From an uncultured Candidatus Saccharibacteria bacterium (GTDB taxonomy: Bacteria > Patescibacteriota > Minisyncoccia > UBA6257 > 1-14-0-10-44-23), in the NCBI GenBank assembly GCA_964641225.1, contig CAZXKC010000003.1, positions 1,177 through 65,176 of the forward strand: a stretch of DNA of 64,000 bases, in the 5' to 3' direction. The notes below the pieces were generated by a model, which did not search any database, was not told the DNA's origin, and saw only the letters and a program-made list of their open reading frames with translations. Made by a program: the position numbers and the translations under genes. This document shows positions 25,497 through 34,740 of this stretch, in pieces; within the stretch, counting starts at the first letter, position 1; each line of letters begins with the position of its first letter.

Positions 25497-25527
25497 CGGG
25501 GCGGCCTACTGGCCGCCCCGTGTTGAT
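25497..25527. terminator. intrinsic terminator gcggggcggcc-tact-ggccgccccg (bidirectional)
   Basis: 11-bp GC stem between convergent DedA and recA. Confidence 0.7.
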
Positions 25528-25529
25528 TC

Positions 25530-26612
25530 TTATTTCTCTTTTTCCAAATCAGCCTCGCTGGTATCCTGCCCTCCATCGCTATCCGGAGAAACAATGGCAT
25601 TTTTAATCATTTCTCGAGTCTTTTGCTCAATCTCTTTAAGCAATTTCTTATCCTCTTTGAGCTTTTCAACCGTTTTATCAATTCCCACAGCAACTTTTTG
25701 GCCATCAAAGGTATAGGTTGCACCTGAGCGAGTGATGACGCCATATTTTACGGCGGTCATAATGACGTCGTTTTCGTAACTAATACCAGTGCCATACATC
25801 ACATCAAACTCCGCAACTTTAAATGGCGGAGCAACCTTGTTCTTCACTACCTTTGCCTTCACGCGGTTACCGACAATGTCCTCACCCTTCTTGATTTGGG
25901 CGAGGCGGCGAATATCAAGGCGTACGGAACAGGCGAATTTAAGCGCGTTGCCGCCCGGGGTTGTCTCCGGGTTACCAAACATCACGCCGATCTTCATACG
26001 AATCTGGTTAATGAAGATGATCAGCACGTTGTAACGAGCTGTGATCGCAGTGAGTTTACGAAGCGCCTGGCTCATCATACGAGCCTGAAGACCCATATAT
26101 TGCTGACCCATTTCCCCTTCAATTTCAGCGCGCGGCGTTAGCGCAGCCACTGAGTCAACGACAACAACATCAATCATGCCGGAACGCACCAGGCTCTCAA
26201 GGATGTTAAGTGCGTCCTCACCGTTGTCTGGCTGGCTGATAAGCAATTCTTTTACTTTCACGCCCAGACGAGCGGCATAATCAGGATCAAGCGCATGCTC
26301 AGCATCAATAAATGCCGCCTTGCCGCCCATTTTTTGAGCCTGAGCCACAACGTTAAGCGCAAGCGTCGTCTTACCCGAGCTCTCAGGACCATAAATTTCA
26401 ACGATGCGGCCTTTTGGCAAACCGCCGACACCAAGCGCAGCATCAAGCGAGAATGAGCCGGTTGGGATCACCTCAACATTCACATTGCTGGCTCCGCCCA
26501 TAGTCATCACCGAGCCCTCGCCAAATTTACCTTGCAAGTCTTCAACCAGCGCGTGTAAATCCTTAAACTCTGCCTTCACCTCTTTCTTTTCTTCTTTTTC
26601 CTTTTTAGCCAT
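25530..26612 (-). CDS. recA: recombinase RecA
   Basis: GPESSGKTT Walker A, canonical RecA core, acidic C-terminal tail. Confidence 0.95.
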   Translation of the reverse strand: MAKKEKEEKKEVKAEFKDLHALVEDLQGKFGEGSVMTMGGASNVNVEVIPTGSFSLDAALGVGGLPKGRIVEIYGPESSGKTTLALNVVAQAQKMGGKAAFIDAEHALDPDYAARLGVKVKELLISQPDNGEDALNILESLVRSGMIDVVVVDSVAALTPRAEIEGEMGQQYMGLQARMMSQALRKLTAITARYNVLIIFINQIRMKIGVMFGNPETTPGGNALKFACSVRLDIRRLAQIKKGEDIVGNRVKAKVVKNKVAPPFKVAEFDVMYGTGISYENDVIMTAVKYGVITRSGATYTFDGQKVAVGIDKTVEKLKEDKKLLKEIEQKTREMIKNAIVSPDSDGGQDTSEADLEKEK

Positions 26613-26712
26613 GTTCTTAAATTAATTAATAGAAAATTACTGAAATCATACTATAAAGCAAAAAGGCGGGGTAGGACATAACCCTGAATCAAACGCAAGA
26701 CTCAGATGCACG

Positions 26713-27447
26713 CTACTGAGCGCTCGTATCGTCCTGCGAAACGGTCGATGAGGGCGGGAGTGCCGTACTAGTGGAATGTGTTGTAGTGGCAGGGGTCGTG
26801 CTGGCAGCCATTGTATCAAAATATACCTGGCGGGTCGCAGCCACCTGGCGACCGAGAAAACGTTCTGCAGAAAATTCAATGATATTGATCTCAGGCAGCA
26901 ACTGGTAATCCTTTGAAAATGTTCCGTCGCTGGCAACGGCCACGTGCTGACCATTAATCGTGACATTGTCGCCTGGATCAGTTCTTCCCGATAGTGTAAT
27001 CGTTGAGGTGGTTACTATAAATGGATTTGGATCGGTCGGAGGTAGAATAATGCTTAGCGTTGGTTGGCCAAAAAACCCGCTACGACTGACTAAATAGATG
27101 ACAATGAACACGCCGATAATGCCGGCGGCGATGCCATATTGGCGCCGATATGACGGAAGCGCAAAACGATTGCCGGGCAGCTTGTCAGATGCTCCTGAGT
27201 GCATGTGCACAAACTCCTCTTTATATTTTACGGTCAATAATTCCGGCGGTAGACCCAATACCTGAGCGATTTTAATAAGATGAGGGCGAATATACGGAAA
27301 GGCGGGTAAGCGACGAACCTCTCCGCTCATCAGAGACTCCACATACTGCTCAGGTGTGCCTGATTTTTTTGCCAGATCAACCTGGCTCAGCTCTTTTGCC
27401 TCGCACTGGTCGGCAATAATGTCGCGTAATTTGCGGGGATCATCCAT
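26713..27447 (-). CDS. HTH (XRE-like) membrane protein, RodZ-like architecture
   Basis: N-terminal HTH (QVDLAKKSGTPEQYVESLMSGE), single TM, Thr/Ser-rich C-terminus. Confidence 0.5.
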   Translation of the reverse strand: MDDPRKLRDIIADQCEAKELSQVDLAKKSGTPEQYVESLMSGEVRRLPAFPYIRPHLIKIAQVLGLPPELLTVKYKEEFVHMHSGASDKLPGNRFALPSYRRQYGIAAGIIGVFIVIYLVSRSGFFGQPTLSIILPPTDPNPFIVTTSTITLSGRTDPGDNVTINGQHVAVASDGTFSKDYQLLPEINIIEFSAERFLGRQVAATRQVYFDTMAASTTPATTTHSTSTALPPSSTVSQDDTSAQ

Positions 27448-27524
27448 ATACGTATAACCTATAACTTATAACAAATAACTAGAATACACAAACATCACCC
27501 GTTATGCGTTATTAGTTAGTGAAA

Positions 27525-28889
27525 CTATGCGCTAATCGCGGCAATATCATCCTCAAACTTATTCATACGGTTGAGCGTTGCGCTTCCATAACTTGAAATA
27601 AATTTACTCCAACTGCCTCCGGCATAATAGCGCGCCGCTGCACATTTTATCTGTGCATCGCCGGAGCTATACGCACCAGTGCACGCACTCATCGCGTCCT
27701 TCAAATAGAGCGCCGTGGCAACGAAGGCGTCACTGTTTTTCCATGGCGACGGGGGATTGCTGCCGGTGGCAGCGGCGATACGGTCTTTATAGAGCATCCA
27801 CGTGGTTGGGATAAATTGAGCCGGACCCATAGCACCACCGTAGGCACCATCACTGACAATGGCGCAGGAGACCAGCTGCTTTTCTGGGTCAATCCCAAGC
27901 TCTGAGGTAATTTGTAAGAATGGGGTTATGTCATCGCGCTTACTCTTCGGCGGCCCCGGAGCCATCGCAGTTTTGTAACTGCACTTACCAACATTTTTAC
28001 CAAGCGCAGACTCACGATCAAGCACAGCAAGCAGTAACGCTGCTGGAACGCCCGTGGCTCTTTGGGCATTTTTTGCCAATTCATAGGCAGTTTCAAAGGT
28101 CATTTCACCGCCACCAAGCAACTCGAAGAGACGGCTGCGGATCTTTGCCGCCTCGGCCTGCTTCTGTTTAAGTAGTGTTTGATAGGCAGCCTCCTGACCT
28201 TTTGTTTGCGTTAGTAACGTGCTTTTTTCCTGCGTCGTAGCCACTACATTTTTCTTTTGCTTATCCTGAAGCGCCTTGAGTGCGGCTGTTTGCGCCTTTT
28301 TCGCAACTAGATCTTCTTGTTGATCTAACAAATTGTCTTTAAGAGCATTAATTTGCTGGATACGATCAGTCAGCGTGTCCTGCACTGCCATTAAATTATT
28401 AACGTCTGAAAAAAAATCGCTGAGATTTGGGTTTTGCAACAAAATCGTCATTAAGCTTACGCGCTCGCTTTCATAGGTACTTTGCAGCGCAGCCATCACA
28501 GCGCCTTTGTTTAGATCAATTTTTTGCTGCGTCACCGTAACCTGCTGCTGGTTGTCATGGATCTCGCTGTTGAGCCGGCTGAGCGAGAGGGTAACCGCCT
28601 TAATCTGTAAATTAAGCTTATCAACCTGCGCATTTAATTTAGCGATTTCGCCCTTGAGACTCGTGCCTTGTTTGCGATACTGCGCGATCGTATCTTCATG
28701 GTCTTTAATCTGCTTTTCAAGATCAGAGAGTTGAAACTCGAGCTGCGCCTTTTCCTCGCTAGAAAGAGGCGCGCTGGCTGATGCGCCTTGATCCTGCGCC
28801 TGCGCCGGCATATGCGAAGAGGCGCCTAGTAAAAGGACGCTGAGCAAAAATCCAACAAAAAAACGTTGTGAAACACTGATCTGCTTCAT
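27525..28889 (-). CDS. secreted coiled-coil protein with C-terminal lytic-transglycosylase (SLT-like) domain
   Basis: signal peptide from MKQISVSQRFF; long coiled-coil; ...RESALGKN...GAMGPAQFIPTTW transglycosylase-like motif. Confidence 0.5.
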   Translation of the reverse strand: MKQISVSQRFFVGFLLSVLLLGASSHMPAQAQDQGASASAPLSSEEKAQLEFQLSDLEKQIKDHEDTIAQYRKQGTSLKGEIAKLNAQVDKLNLQIKAVTLSLSRLNSEIHDNQQQVTVTQQKIDLNKGAVMAALQSTYESERVSLMTILLQNPNLSDFFSDVNNLMAVQDTLTDRIQQINALKDNLLDQQEDLVAKKAQTAALKALQDKQKKNVVATTQEKSTLLTQTKGQEAAYQTLLKQKQAEAAKIRSRLFELLGGGEMTFETAYELAKNAQRATGVPAALLLAVLDRESALGKNVGKCSYKTAMAPGPPKSKRDDITPFLQITSELGIDPEKQLVSCAIVSDGAYGGAMGPAQFIPTTWMLYKDRIAAATGSNPPSPWKNSDAFVATALYLKDAMSACTGAYSSGDAQIKCAAARYYAGGSWSKFISSYGSATLNRMNKFEDDIAAISA

Positions 28890-28932
28890 GAAAGTATGCT
28901 TAGTATACCACTTACCCTTAGAAGGAGACGTA

Positions 28933-28970
28933 AAACAAAGGCGCCCCGTTACCGGGGCGCCTGTTATTAC
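28933..28970. terminator. intrinsic terminator ggcgccccgttaccggggcgcc
   Basis: 10-bp GC stem downstream of rplY (minus). Confidence 0.65.
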
Positions 28971-28986
28971 AAACCTACAGATCAAA

Positions 28987-29682
28987 CTATTTCTTTGCCG
29001 GCGCAGCACCTGCAGCGGCCTCGCCTTCGGCCGGAGCGTCAGCGGCGGCCTTTTCTTTCTTCTCTTCACCCTCGGTCTTGATCTCGGTGACATCAGCACC
29101 CTTTGCAGCAAGAGCGGCCTCCTGCTCTTCGGTCATACGAGCAGTAATCGTGGCAACCACGAATTCCGGTTTAACCATAACGCGTACCGCCTTTGGCACA
29201 GAAAGCTGGCTGACGTGAATCGAAACACCAACATCAGTAAGCATTTTCAGGTCAACTTCAATTGCGTGCGGGATATCGGCAGGCAGAGCTTCAACTTCAA
29301 GTTCAGCGAGCGATCGAACAAGTACACCGCCTTTTTCCTTAACACCCGGAGCCTCACCAACAAAGGAAAGGGGAACCTTAAGTTTAATCTTCTCGTCCAT
29401 GCGAACGCGGTAAAAATCAACGTTCTCGATAGAGTCCGTGATCGGATTGCGCAGCACGTCGTGAATAAACACCGGGTGCTTAACAGTTCCTACCTTTAAA
29501 TCAATAATTGAGGTCTCACCAGCATGACGAAGAACTTTGCGCAGGTCTTTCATCGACACTGCTACGTGTTCATTCTTAATGCCGTGGCCATAAAGTTCCG
29601 CCGGGACCATGCCGTCCTTGCGGAGAGCTTTTACTGCTCTACCAAGCTGCGTGCGAACTACCGCACTTAATTCCATCGCCAT
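28987..29682 (-). CDS. rplY: 50S ribosomal protein L25 / general stress protein Ctc
   Basis: L25 N-terminal domain plus Ctc-type C-terminal extension with Ala/Glu-rich tail. Confidence 0.8.
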   Translation of the reverse strand: MAMELSAVVRTQLGRAVKALRKDGMVPAELYGHGIKNEHVAVSMKDLRKVLRHAGETSIIDLKVGTVKHPVFIHDVLRNPITDSIENVDFYRVRMDEKIKLKVPLSFVGEAPGVKEKGGVLVRSLAELEVEALPADIPHAIEVDLKMLTDVGVSIHVSQLSVPKAVRVMVKPEFVVATITARMTEEQEAALAAKGADVTEIKTEGEEKKEKAAADAPAEGEAAAGAAPAKK

Positions 29683-29795
29683 ACTGTTGATAATTTTTTA
29701 TTTAATGAATACAGCGGGGTTAGCCCGCCAATAGAGATAGATACTATACGAAATGAGGCCAATTGGCAAGTTCACCCGCCTCGGGCGGGCCAGAC

Positions 29796-30272
29796 TTACT
29801 TCTTAAGGCCAGGAATAAAACCCGGCTGCAACCAATTCTTAAATTGAGTCAGCGCGTCGGCATAATCTTCGAATACGATCTGAGCAGTAACATCAACGCG
29901 AGCTATACGCCCTACTTTTCCTGCTTCAAGGCGAGCTCGTTCGTACAAAGCAACTATCGGCACACCAGCAGCAAGCGCCCACTCGTGTTCGCGTCCAACA
30001 CCGTGCGCCGGAAGCCCCGTGTACATAGCCATAAGCGAGGACTCTGAAAAACGCTGCTTATCAAGTTTCACGACCTGCTCTGGAGTTAAATCTGCATGCA
30101 CAATCGGATCGCTATAGCGGTGGGGAACATAACCAAACGCATCTGCGTGTCCAGCTTCTCGTAGCGTTGTCTCAAAAACAGCGGCTAAGTCCTCGTAAAA
30201 CTTTTTTAATTCCTCTCGGCGCTCATCAGGGACATTCGTGAGTGGACCAGATACATAGAGCTGGAGTTTCAT
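29796..30272 (-). CDS. nucleoside 2-deoxyribosyltransferase-like / Rossmann-like protein (uncertain)
   Basis: LYVSGPLT N-terminal motif resembles the NDT-family fold; weak. Confidence 0.35.
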   Translation of the reverse strand: MKLQLYVSGPLTNVPDERREELKKFYEDLAAVFETTLREAGHADAFGYVPHRYSDPIVHADLTPEQVVKLDKQRFSESSLMAMYTGLPAHGVGREHEWALAAGVPIVALYERARLEAGKVGRIARVDVTAQIVFEDYADALTQFKNWLQPGFIPGLKK

Positions 30273-30277
30273 GTGTG

Positions 30278-31021
30278 CTAAAAAAGTTTTTCGGTATCAG
30301 CACTCAACTTAGTGAATGCATGCTTATAGCTCTGCACATTTTGTAAATCTGAAATTATAGCCGCCGGAATACCGCCAGTCCATGAACCACTCGGCAATAA
30401 AGCGACCACTTCAGGATTGCCCGTCTTGGCATCAACGATCTCGAAGCCAACTCGGCGCAATCCTTCTAAAAAGATACTCATGTCAGCACCAAAATCACCA
30501 ATAACCGCAATCTTTACCGAATGTGAGAGCATGCCAGCACGCGGTGAGTGGCGTTTTTCTTTAAGTTTCTGCTGAGCATCATCAGCAATTCGTAGCTCAG
30601 TCACACCAGCCTTCCGTAACGCCTCCCAACAAGGCATGCAGGCCCAGTAGTGCCCGGCGAGATAGGCGACTGCGCCCTTTCCGTCTATTCCTTTCTCGAT
30701 AAGCTTACGTGACGCACGAGCCTCGCCGTGGTTAGGCGAGTAACAATGATCTGGGCAATATTCATATTCAGTCCCGCTTTTGCTTTGCAGTGCTACGCGC
30801 GGACAAAATGAATAATGAATCTGGCCGCCATTTTCTAAAACTAAAACTTTTCCGTCACGAACAATTACAGTTGCAGTTGGTACGCTCACTTCTGGGTGCT
30901 CTCGCACCATTTCGGCGCAGCGAGCAGCTGCCATAGCCATAAATGGATCTGTACTGGGCACAAATTCCTGATGGCCCCATTCTGGGACGATTTCATCCAA
31001 CTTCTTTGCGCCATCTGACAT
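30278..31021 (-). CDS. cytidine/deoxycytidylate deaminase-fold zinc enzyme with N- and C-terminal extensions
   Basis: HGE zinc motif and CMPC (CxxC) second zinc motif in CDA-fold spacing. Confidence 0.65.
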   Translation of the reverse strand: MSDGAKKLDEIVPEWGHQEFVPSTDPFMAMAAARCAEMVREHPEVSVPTATVIVRDGKVLVLENGGQIHYSFCPRVALQSKSGTEYEYCPDHCYSPNHGEARASRKLIEKGIDGKGAVAYLAGHYWACMPCWEALRKAGVTELRIADDAQQKLKEKRHSPRAGMLSHSVKIAVIGDFGADMSIFLEGLRRVGFEIVDAKTGNPEVVALLPSGSWTGGIPAAIISDLQNVQSYKHAFTKLSADTEKLF

Positions 31022-31033
31022 ATGAGTTAAAAA

Positions 31034-31690
31034 CTACGCCTTAAACTTCTCTTTAATTTTCGCGATGTCGCCGCTCTTTATAAAGGAGAGCTCATCTTCG
31101 CTGTCGGTACGGGCTTCAAGTCCGTGCGCCATTGAGTCGTGATATTTTGCTTTTACGGCACCATGCATTTGAGCCTCGGCCATATCCATACCGCTCGCCA
31201 TCGTATGAAAGACAAGCTGATAGGCACGTTCGCCCGGGTATAAACGAAGGGGATGAGGCGTGGCGTTTAGTATAGGAATAGTCAGATGGCCCTGATAGCC
31301 AATATCTACGAGTCCGCTTTCCATAACGAATCCACGGCGAATCATCGAGCTACGGGGGTAGAGAAGCGCGATCAGGTTGTCGGCTTTCAGCGAAATCTTT
31401 TCGAGCGTTGAGGCAATTACAAATTCGTTCGGCAAAAATTCAAAATACTGACCTGGTTTTAATTTCACTAACTTAAAATGATTTTGATTTGCCTTCTTTT
31501 CTAAATAATCCGGGCGCATCACCACACGGCCGGCGTCGGTCATCTGCCACTGCTCGGGGATATAAAATGTCCATCCAATACGAAGATCCAAAGAGTTTGG
31601 CTGCACCTGAAATTTGTCTGCACCTGGCTCAAGCGCCATCTTACCGGAACCAATGTATTCAAGAATTTCTTTTTTAGAAAGGATAGCCAT
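31034..31690 (-). CDS. dcd: dCTP deaminase (dCTP deaminase/dUTPase family)
   Basis: LDLRIG...PGQYFEFLPNEFVIASTLEKISLKADNLIALLYPRSS...GYQGHLT typical Dcd pattern. Confidence 0.8.
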   Translation of the reverse strand: MAILSKKEILEYIGSGKMALEPGADKFQVQPNSLDLRIGWTFYIPEQWQMTDAGRVVMRPDYLEKKANQNHFKLVKLKPGQYFEFLPNEFVIASTLEKISLKADNLIALLYPRSSMIRRGFVMESGLVDIGYQGHLTIPILNATPHPLRLYPGERAYQLVFHTMASGMDMAEAQMHGAVKAKYHDSMAHGLEARTDSEDELSFIKSGDIAKIKEKFKA

Positions 31691-31723
31691 GGTAGAAAAA
31701 GAATATCATGCTTACACCACTAC

Positions 31724-32555
31724 CTACAAGACAATCTTCATTCCCTTGATTGATTCAAGCGGGGCATACTGATTGGTGATCTGGTGCGCAATTTCATCAA
31801 CGAGCGCCTCGTCACCTTTTTCGGCCCGGTCAAAATAATCTGGCTGCGCATCGAACAATACCTCGCTGTGCTCATTCTCGCGATTAATTAATTCCCAGGC
31901 CTGATCGTAATGAATGTCGTAAATGTGCGCGTTGCTGATTGTGTGGGTAAGCGTTCCAGTCTGCAATCCTAATTTCGCCGCTAAAATATTTTGCAAAAGC
32001 GCGAATCCGGCCACGTCGTGTGGGCAGCCAAGCATCATGTCGTTAGAGCGCACGACGTTGTGCATGTGCAATTTGTTGCCAAAAACGTTAACGGTGAATA
32101 CAAACGGACAGGGGACATTCTTTTTTGGGGTACCAATACCAAGCCCGTCGTCGGCCGCATCCCACGTCATCACAACGCCGTGCCGGCTGCCCGGTTCTTT
32201 CTCTAACAGCTTCACGAGTGCGCCAAGTTGGTCGCGACCAAAGTGCTTTCGCCAGCGATAACCGTAGGCTGCCGGAATTGTACCGTCTGGTTCCATAAAA
32301 TCTTTCCAGATCGGCGTAAATTTATTTACAAAATCATCCGGCTTGTTGCTGCCCATGATAAACCAAATCTGTTCCGCTACGAAAAGTTTAATCGGAATTT
32401 TGCGCAGCGTTAAAATCGGAAACCCGGCGTCTAAATGAAAGGTAATACCCGGCAAAATCTTTGTTCTGTGCCCGGTGCGCTCATTTAATTCCTCGTATCC
32501 GCGATTCATGATATCGAGGATTGCGTTTTGATATTGTTTATCGAACTGGGTCACG
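31724..32555 (-). CDS. thymidylate synthase (ThyA) family enzyme with noncanonical active-site residues (PCP, VRSND, Asp at the Asn177-equivalent); ORF extends to 32647 but the N-terminus is probably a GTG near 32555
   Basis: gapless alignment by eye to E. coli ThyA across DRTGTGT/ERTGHRT, YGxxWR, PCH/PCP, QRSCD/VRSND, LPFNIASYALL/CPHDVAGFALL, THLY/AHIY. Confidence 0.65.
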
Positions 32556-32559
32556 GGGG

Positions 32560-32612
32560 TAGAGGGATTAGAGGACGATAGAGGTACTAGAGGGAATAGC
32601 CTGTGAAAAACT
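32560..32612. repeat. tandem array of a TAGAGG(T/G)A-like unit (gtagagggattagaggacgatagaggtactagagggaatag) in the thyA-folA divergent region
   Basis: read directly; related arrays at 1858-1896 and 63200-63240. Confidence 0.5.
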
Positions 32613-32699
32613 CTCTCTCTGAATGATAAACTAAAAACTAGAAACAAGAAACAATTGACTAGTTTGCTGGTTTATCGTTTCTCGTTTATTGTTTATTGT

Positions 32700-33173
32700 A
32701 TGATAGCTCTTGTAGCCGCAGTCTCAAAAAATGGTGTAATTGGGGCCAAAAACGACCTTCCGTGGTATTTGCCAGAAGATCTTAAGCGTTTTAAGGAAAT
32801 TACCAAAGGCAAAACAGTACTGATGGGTCGCAAAACATTTGAATCAATCCTAGCACGCCTCAAAAAGCCGCTGCCTGACCGCACCAACATCGTGATCACG
32901 CGCAATCTTAACTACAAAGTTCCGGAGGGCGTTGTGGTTCAAGGTGACGTTGCTTCAGCTCTGCGCAGCCACGGGTCGTCTGACATTTTTATCATCGGCG
33001 GCGGGCAGATCTTTTCTGAAACAATGGATTTAGCCGACACGCTTTATATCACGCACGTTGATAAAGAAGTTGAAGGCGATGTCTTCTTTCCAAAAATCGA
33101 TCCCAAAAAATGGCGGCTTGAAAGCGACGAGAAGCACGATGGGTATTCGTTTGCGATCTATAAACGAACTTAA
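32700..33173 (+). CDS. folA: dihydrofolate reductase
   Basis: MIALVAAVSKNGVIGAKNDLPWYLPEDLKRFKEITKGKTVLMGRKTFESI canonical DHFR N-terminus. Confidence 0.85.
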   Translation: MIALVAAVSKNGVIGAKNDLPWYLPEDLKRFKEITKGKTVLMGRKTFESILARLKKPLPDRTNIVITRNLNYKVPEGVVVQGDVASALRSHGSSDIFIIGGGQIFSETMDLADTLYITHVDKEVEGDVFFPKIDPKKWRLESDEKHDGYSFAIYKRT

Positions 33174-34075
33174 GCAATCTTATTAAACAGCTTCAGGCGC
33201 TGCATAACTACCGCTTTAACTTCATTGTAGGAGTCTTCCAGAAGTTTGTAGGGGGCGACTTCGTTTGGGTGAGCGGGAAGAGCTTTTTCCATTCCGGCGC
33301 GCCAGGCGCGGCGGAGTTCGGTTGAGATGTGCACGATGCGGACGCCGGCATCAATTGCTTTTACAAAATCCTCGTCGGGCGTGCCTGAACCACCGTGAAG
33401 TACGAGCGGAACTTTTGCAGCGCGGCGAATTTCGCCGACGCGCTTGATAAACAAATGTTTTACGAAACCGGCGCCATCACTCGTCGCCTTAAACATGCCG
33501 TGGACGTTGCCGATCGCCGGAGCAAGCATATCTACGCCGGTTTCTTGCACAAATTTAGCCGCCTCTTCGGCTTTTGTAATCGTTTCTTCGGTAATAGCCA
33601 CGCCATCCGGCAACTTATCCTTTACCTCTGAACCGGCGCCGATGAAGCCAATCTCTCCTTCTATTAATACCTTCTTGTTTTTGCTGGCGCGAGCGTAATC
33701 AACAACAGCTTTGGTGAGGGCAACGTTTTCGGCATATGGTTTATCGGCGGCATCGATGATCACGGCATCAAAACCAGCGTCGATGGCGACTTTGCAGCTT
33801 TCCAGCGACTTGTGGTGGTCGGCGTTAAGGAAAATAGGGTAGTCAAACTCTTTACGAATTCCTTTTATAAGCACTGCGATTGCCGGCGTGGTTAAAAATG
33901 CTTGTTCGCCTTCGGAGACACCGATGATAACGGGAATCTGCTTGCCGGTAGTTTTCGAAAGCTCCTGACAGGCGTCCCAAATTGCTTTAAGGGTAGTGAG
34001 CTCAGAGATATTAAAATGAGCAACGGCGACTTTATCTTTTTTTGCCTGACTGATGGCTTTTTTGAGTGAAATCAT
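33170..34075 (-). CDS. fba: fructose-bisphosphate aldolase, class II
   Basis: NADHHKSLES...EGEIGFIGAGSEV...HGGSG class II aldolase motifs. Confidence 0.8.
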   Translation of the reverse strand: MISLKKAISQAKKDKVAVAHFNISELTTLKAIWDACQELSKTTGKQIPVIIGVSEGEQAFLTTPAIAVLIKGIRKEFDYPIFLNADHHKSLESCKVAIDAGFDAVIIDAADKPYAENVALTKAVVDYARASKNKKVLIEGEIGFIGAGSEVKDKLPDGVAITEETITKAEEAAKFVQETGVDMLAPAIGNVHGMFKATSDGAGFVKHLFIKRVGEIRRAAKVPLVLHGGSGTPDEDFVKAIDAGVRIVHISTELRRAWRAGMEKALPAHPNEVAPYKLLEDSYNEVKAVVMQRLKLFNKIA

Positions 34076-34207
34076 AGAAATAACTATATCACGCTGGCGC
34101 ACAGAAAGCCTGCCCCGTGAGTCAAATTCGGCTTTTTTGATTTTTGCGAAGCAAATGCCGAGTTTGTACTGCGGGGTATACCATAGCCAGAACATATTTT
34201 AATGCTA

Positions 34208-34242
34208 TTGACAAGAGATAGCCTTGGTGGTATAATGATTAC
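34208..34242 (+). promoter_or_regulatory. consensus sigma-70 promoter TTGACA-N17-TATAAT
   Basis: TTGACA at 34208-34213, TATAAT 17 nt downstream. Confidence 0.6.
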
Positions 34243-34297
34243 TAGGTTTCCTGGCTTGAAATGGTCTTAAGCCAGCGAAAACTTGGTGGAGGAATTC

Positions 34298-34516
34298 ATG
34301 GCCAGCGTAAGAATCTGGGGAGATATCTTCGCCGAAATCGACGAAGGAGCAGGCGCTCACCCCGTGGCGAACATCGAAGATGTGGCGACCGAGAGCCTCT
34401 TCGGAGGAGTTCCTGAAGGAGAGATGGCGAATCTGGAACTCGACCGAGAGAATCCGGTCGGCAGACACGCGCGGCATCACAGCCCCGACCCGTTCCCGGG
34501 TTGCATCGGAATGTAG
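34298..34516 (+). CDS. small acidic hypothetical protein (72 aa from MASVRIW) in GC-rich island B; could instead be a structured ncRNA
   Basis: GGAGG 5 nt upstream of the ATG; consensus promoter upstream; ORFs appear in several frames on both strands, typical of GC-rich sequence. Confidence 0.3.
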   Translation: MASVRIWGDIFAEIDEGAGAHPVANIEDVATESLFGGVPEGEMANLELDRENPVGRHARHHSPDPFPGCIGM

Positions 34517-34740
34517 CAGCGTGTCGACCACGAAGGCCGACACAGCGAGAACGGCCCACAACCCTTCGGGGAAGTGGCGCCGTCTCATTTATATAAGGTT
34601 CGATTTGACGAAAAAGCCTACTTTTGCTACTATATATCCACGTTTTTGCTCCCTGCTTCGGTAGGGGAGGCCAGCAAAATCATTATAATTTATCGGCCTC
34701 AATGTCCGCCTGCGACTACACATCGCAGCATCGAATTTAC

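Noticed and set aside
26646-26966. 106-aa ORF overlapping the 3' end of the RodZ-like gene
   Set aside because: Fully overlapping alternative frame of a well-supported gene; no SD; judged spurious, as are the many 60-120-aa antisense ORFs inside nrdJ, the ATPase, the helicase, recA and pnp.
30278-31021. Deaminase possibly lacking the second zinc Cys (PCWEA instead of PCxxC)
   Set aside because: On closer reading the motif is A-C-M-P-C, i.e. a CxxC shifted by one residue, so the zinc site is intact; not flagged as a degenerate enzyme.
34205-34588. 127-aa and 87-aa minus-strand ORFs and the 94-aa plus-strand ORF overlapping GC-rich island B
   Set aside because: The 127-aa ORF runs through the consensus plus-strand promoter and its ATG directly abuts a TATATA with no RBS; multiple overlapping frames are expected in GC-rich sequence. 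Treated as spurious.
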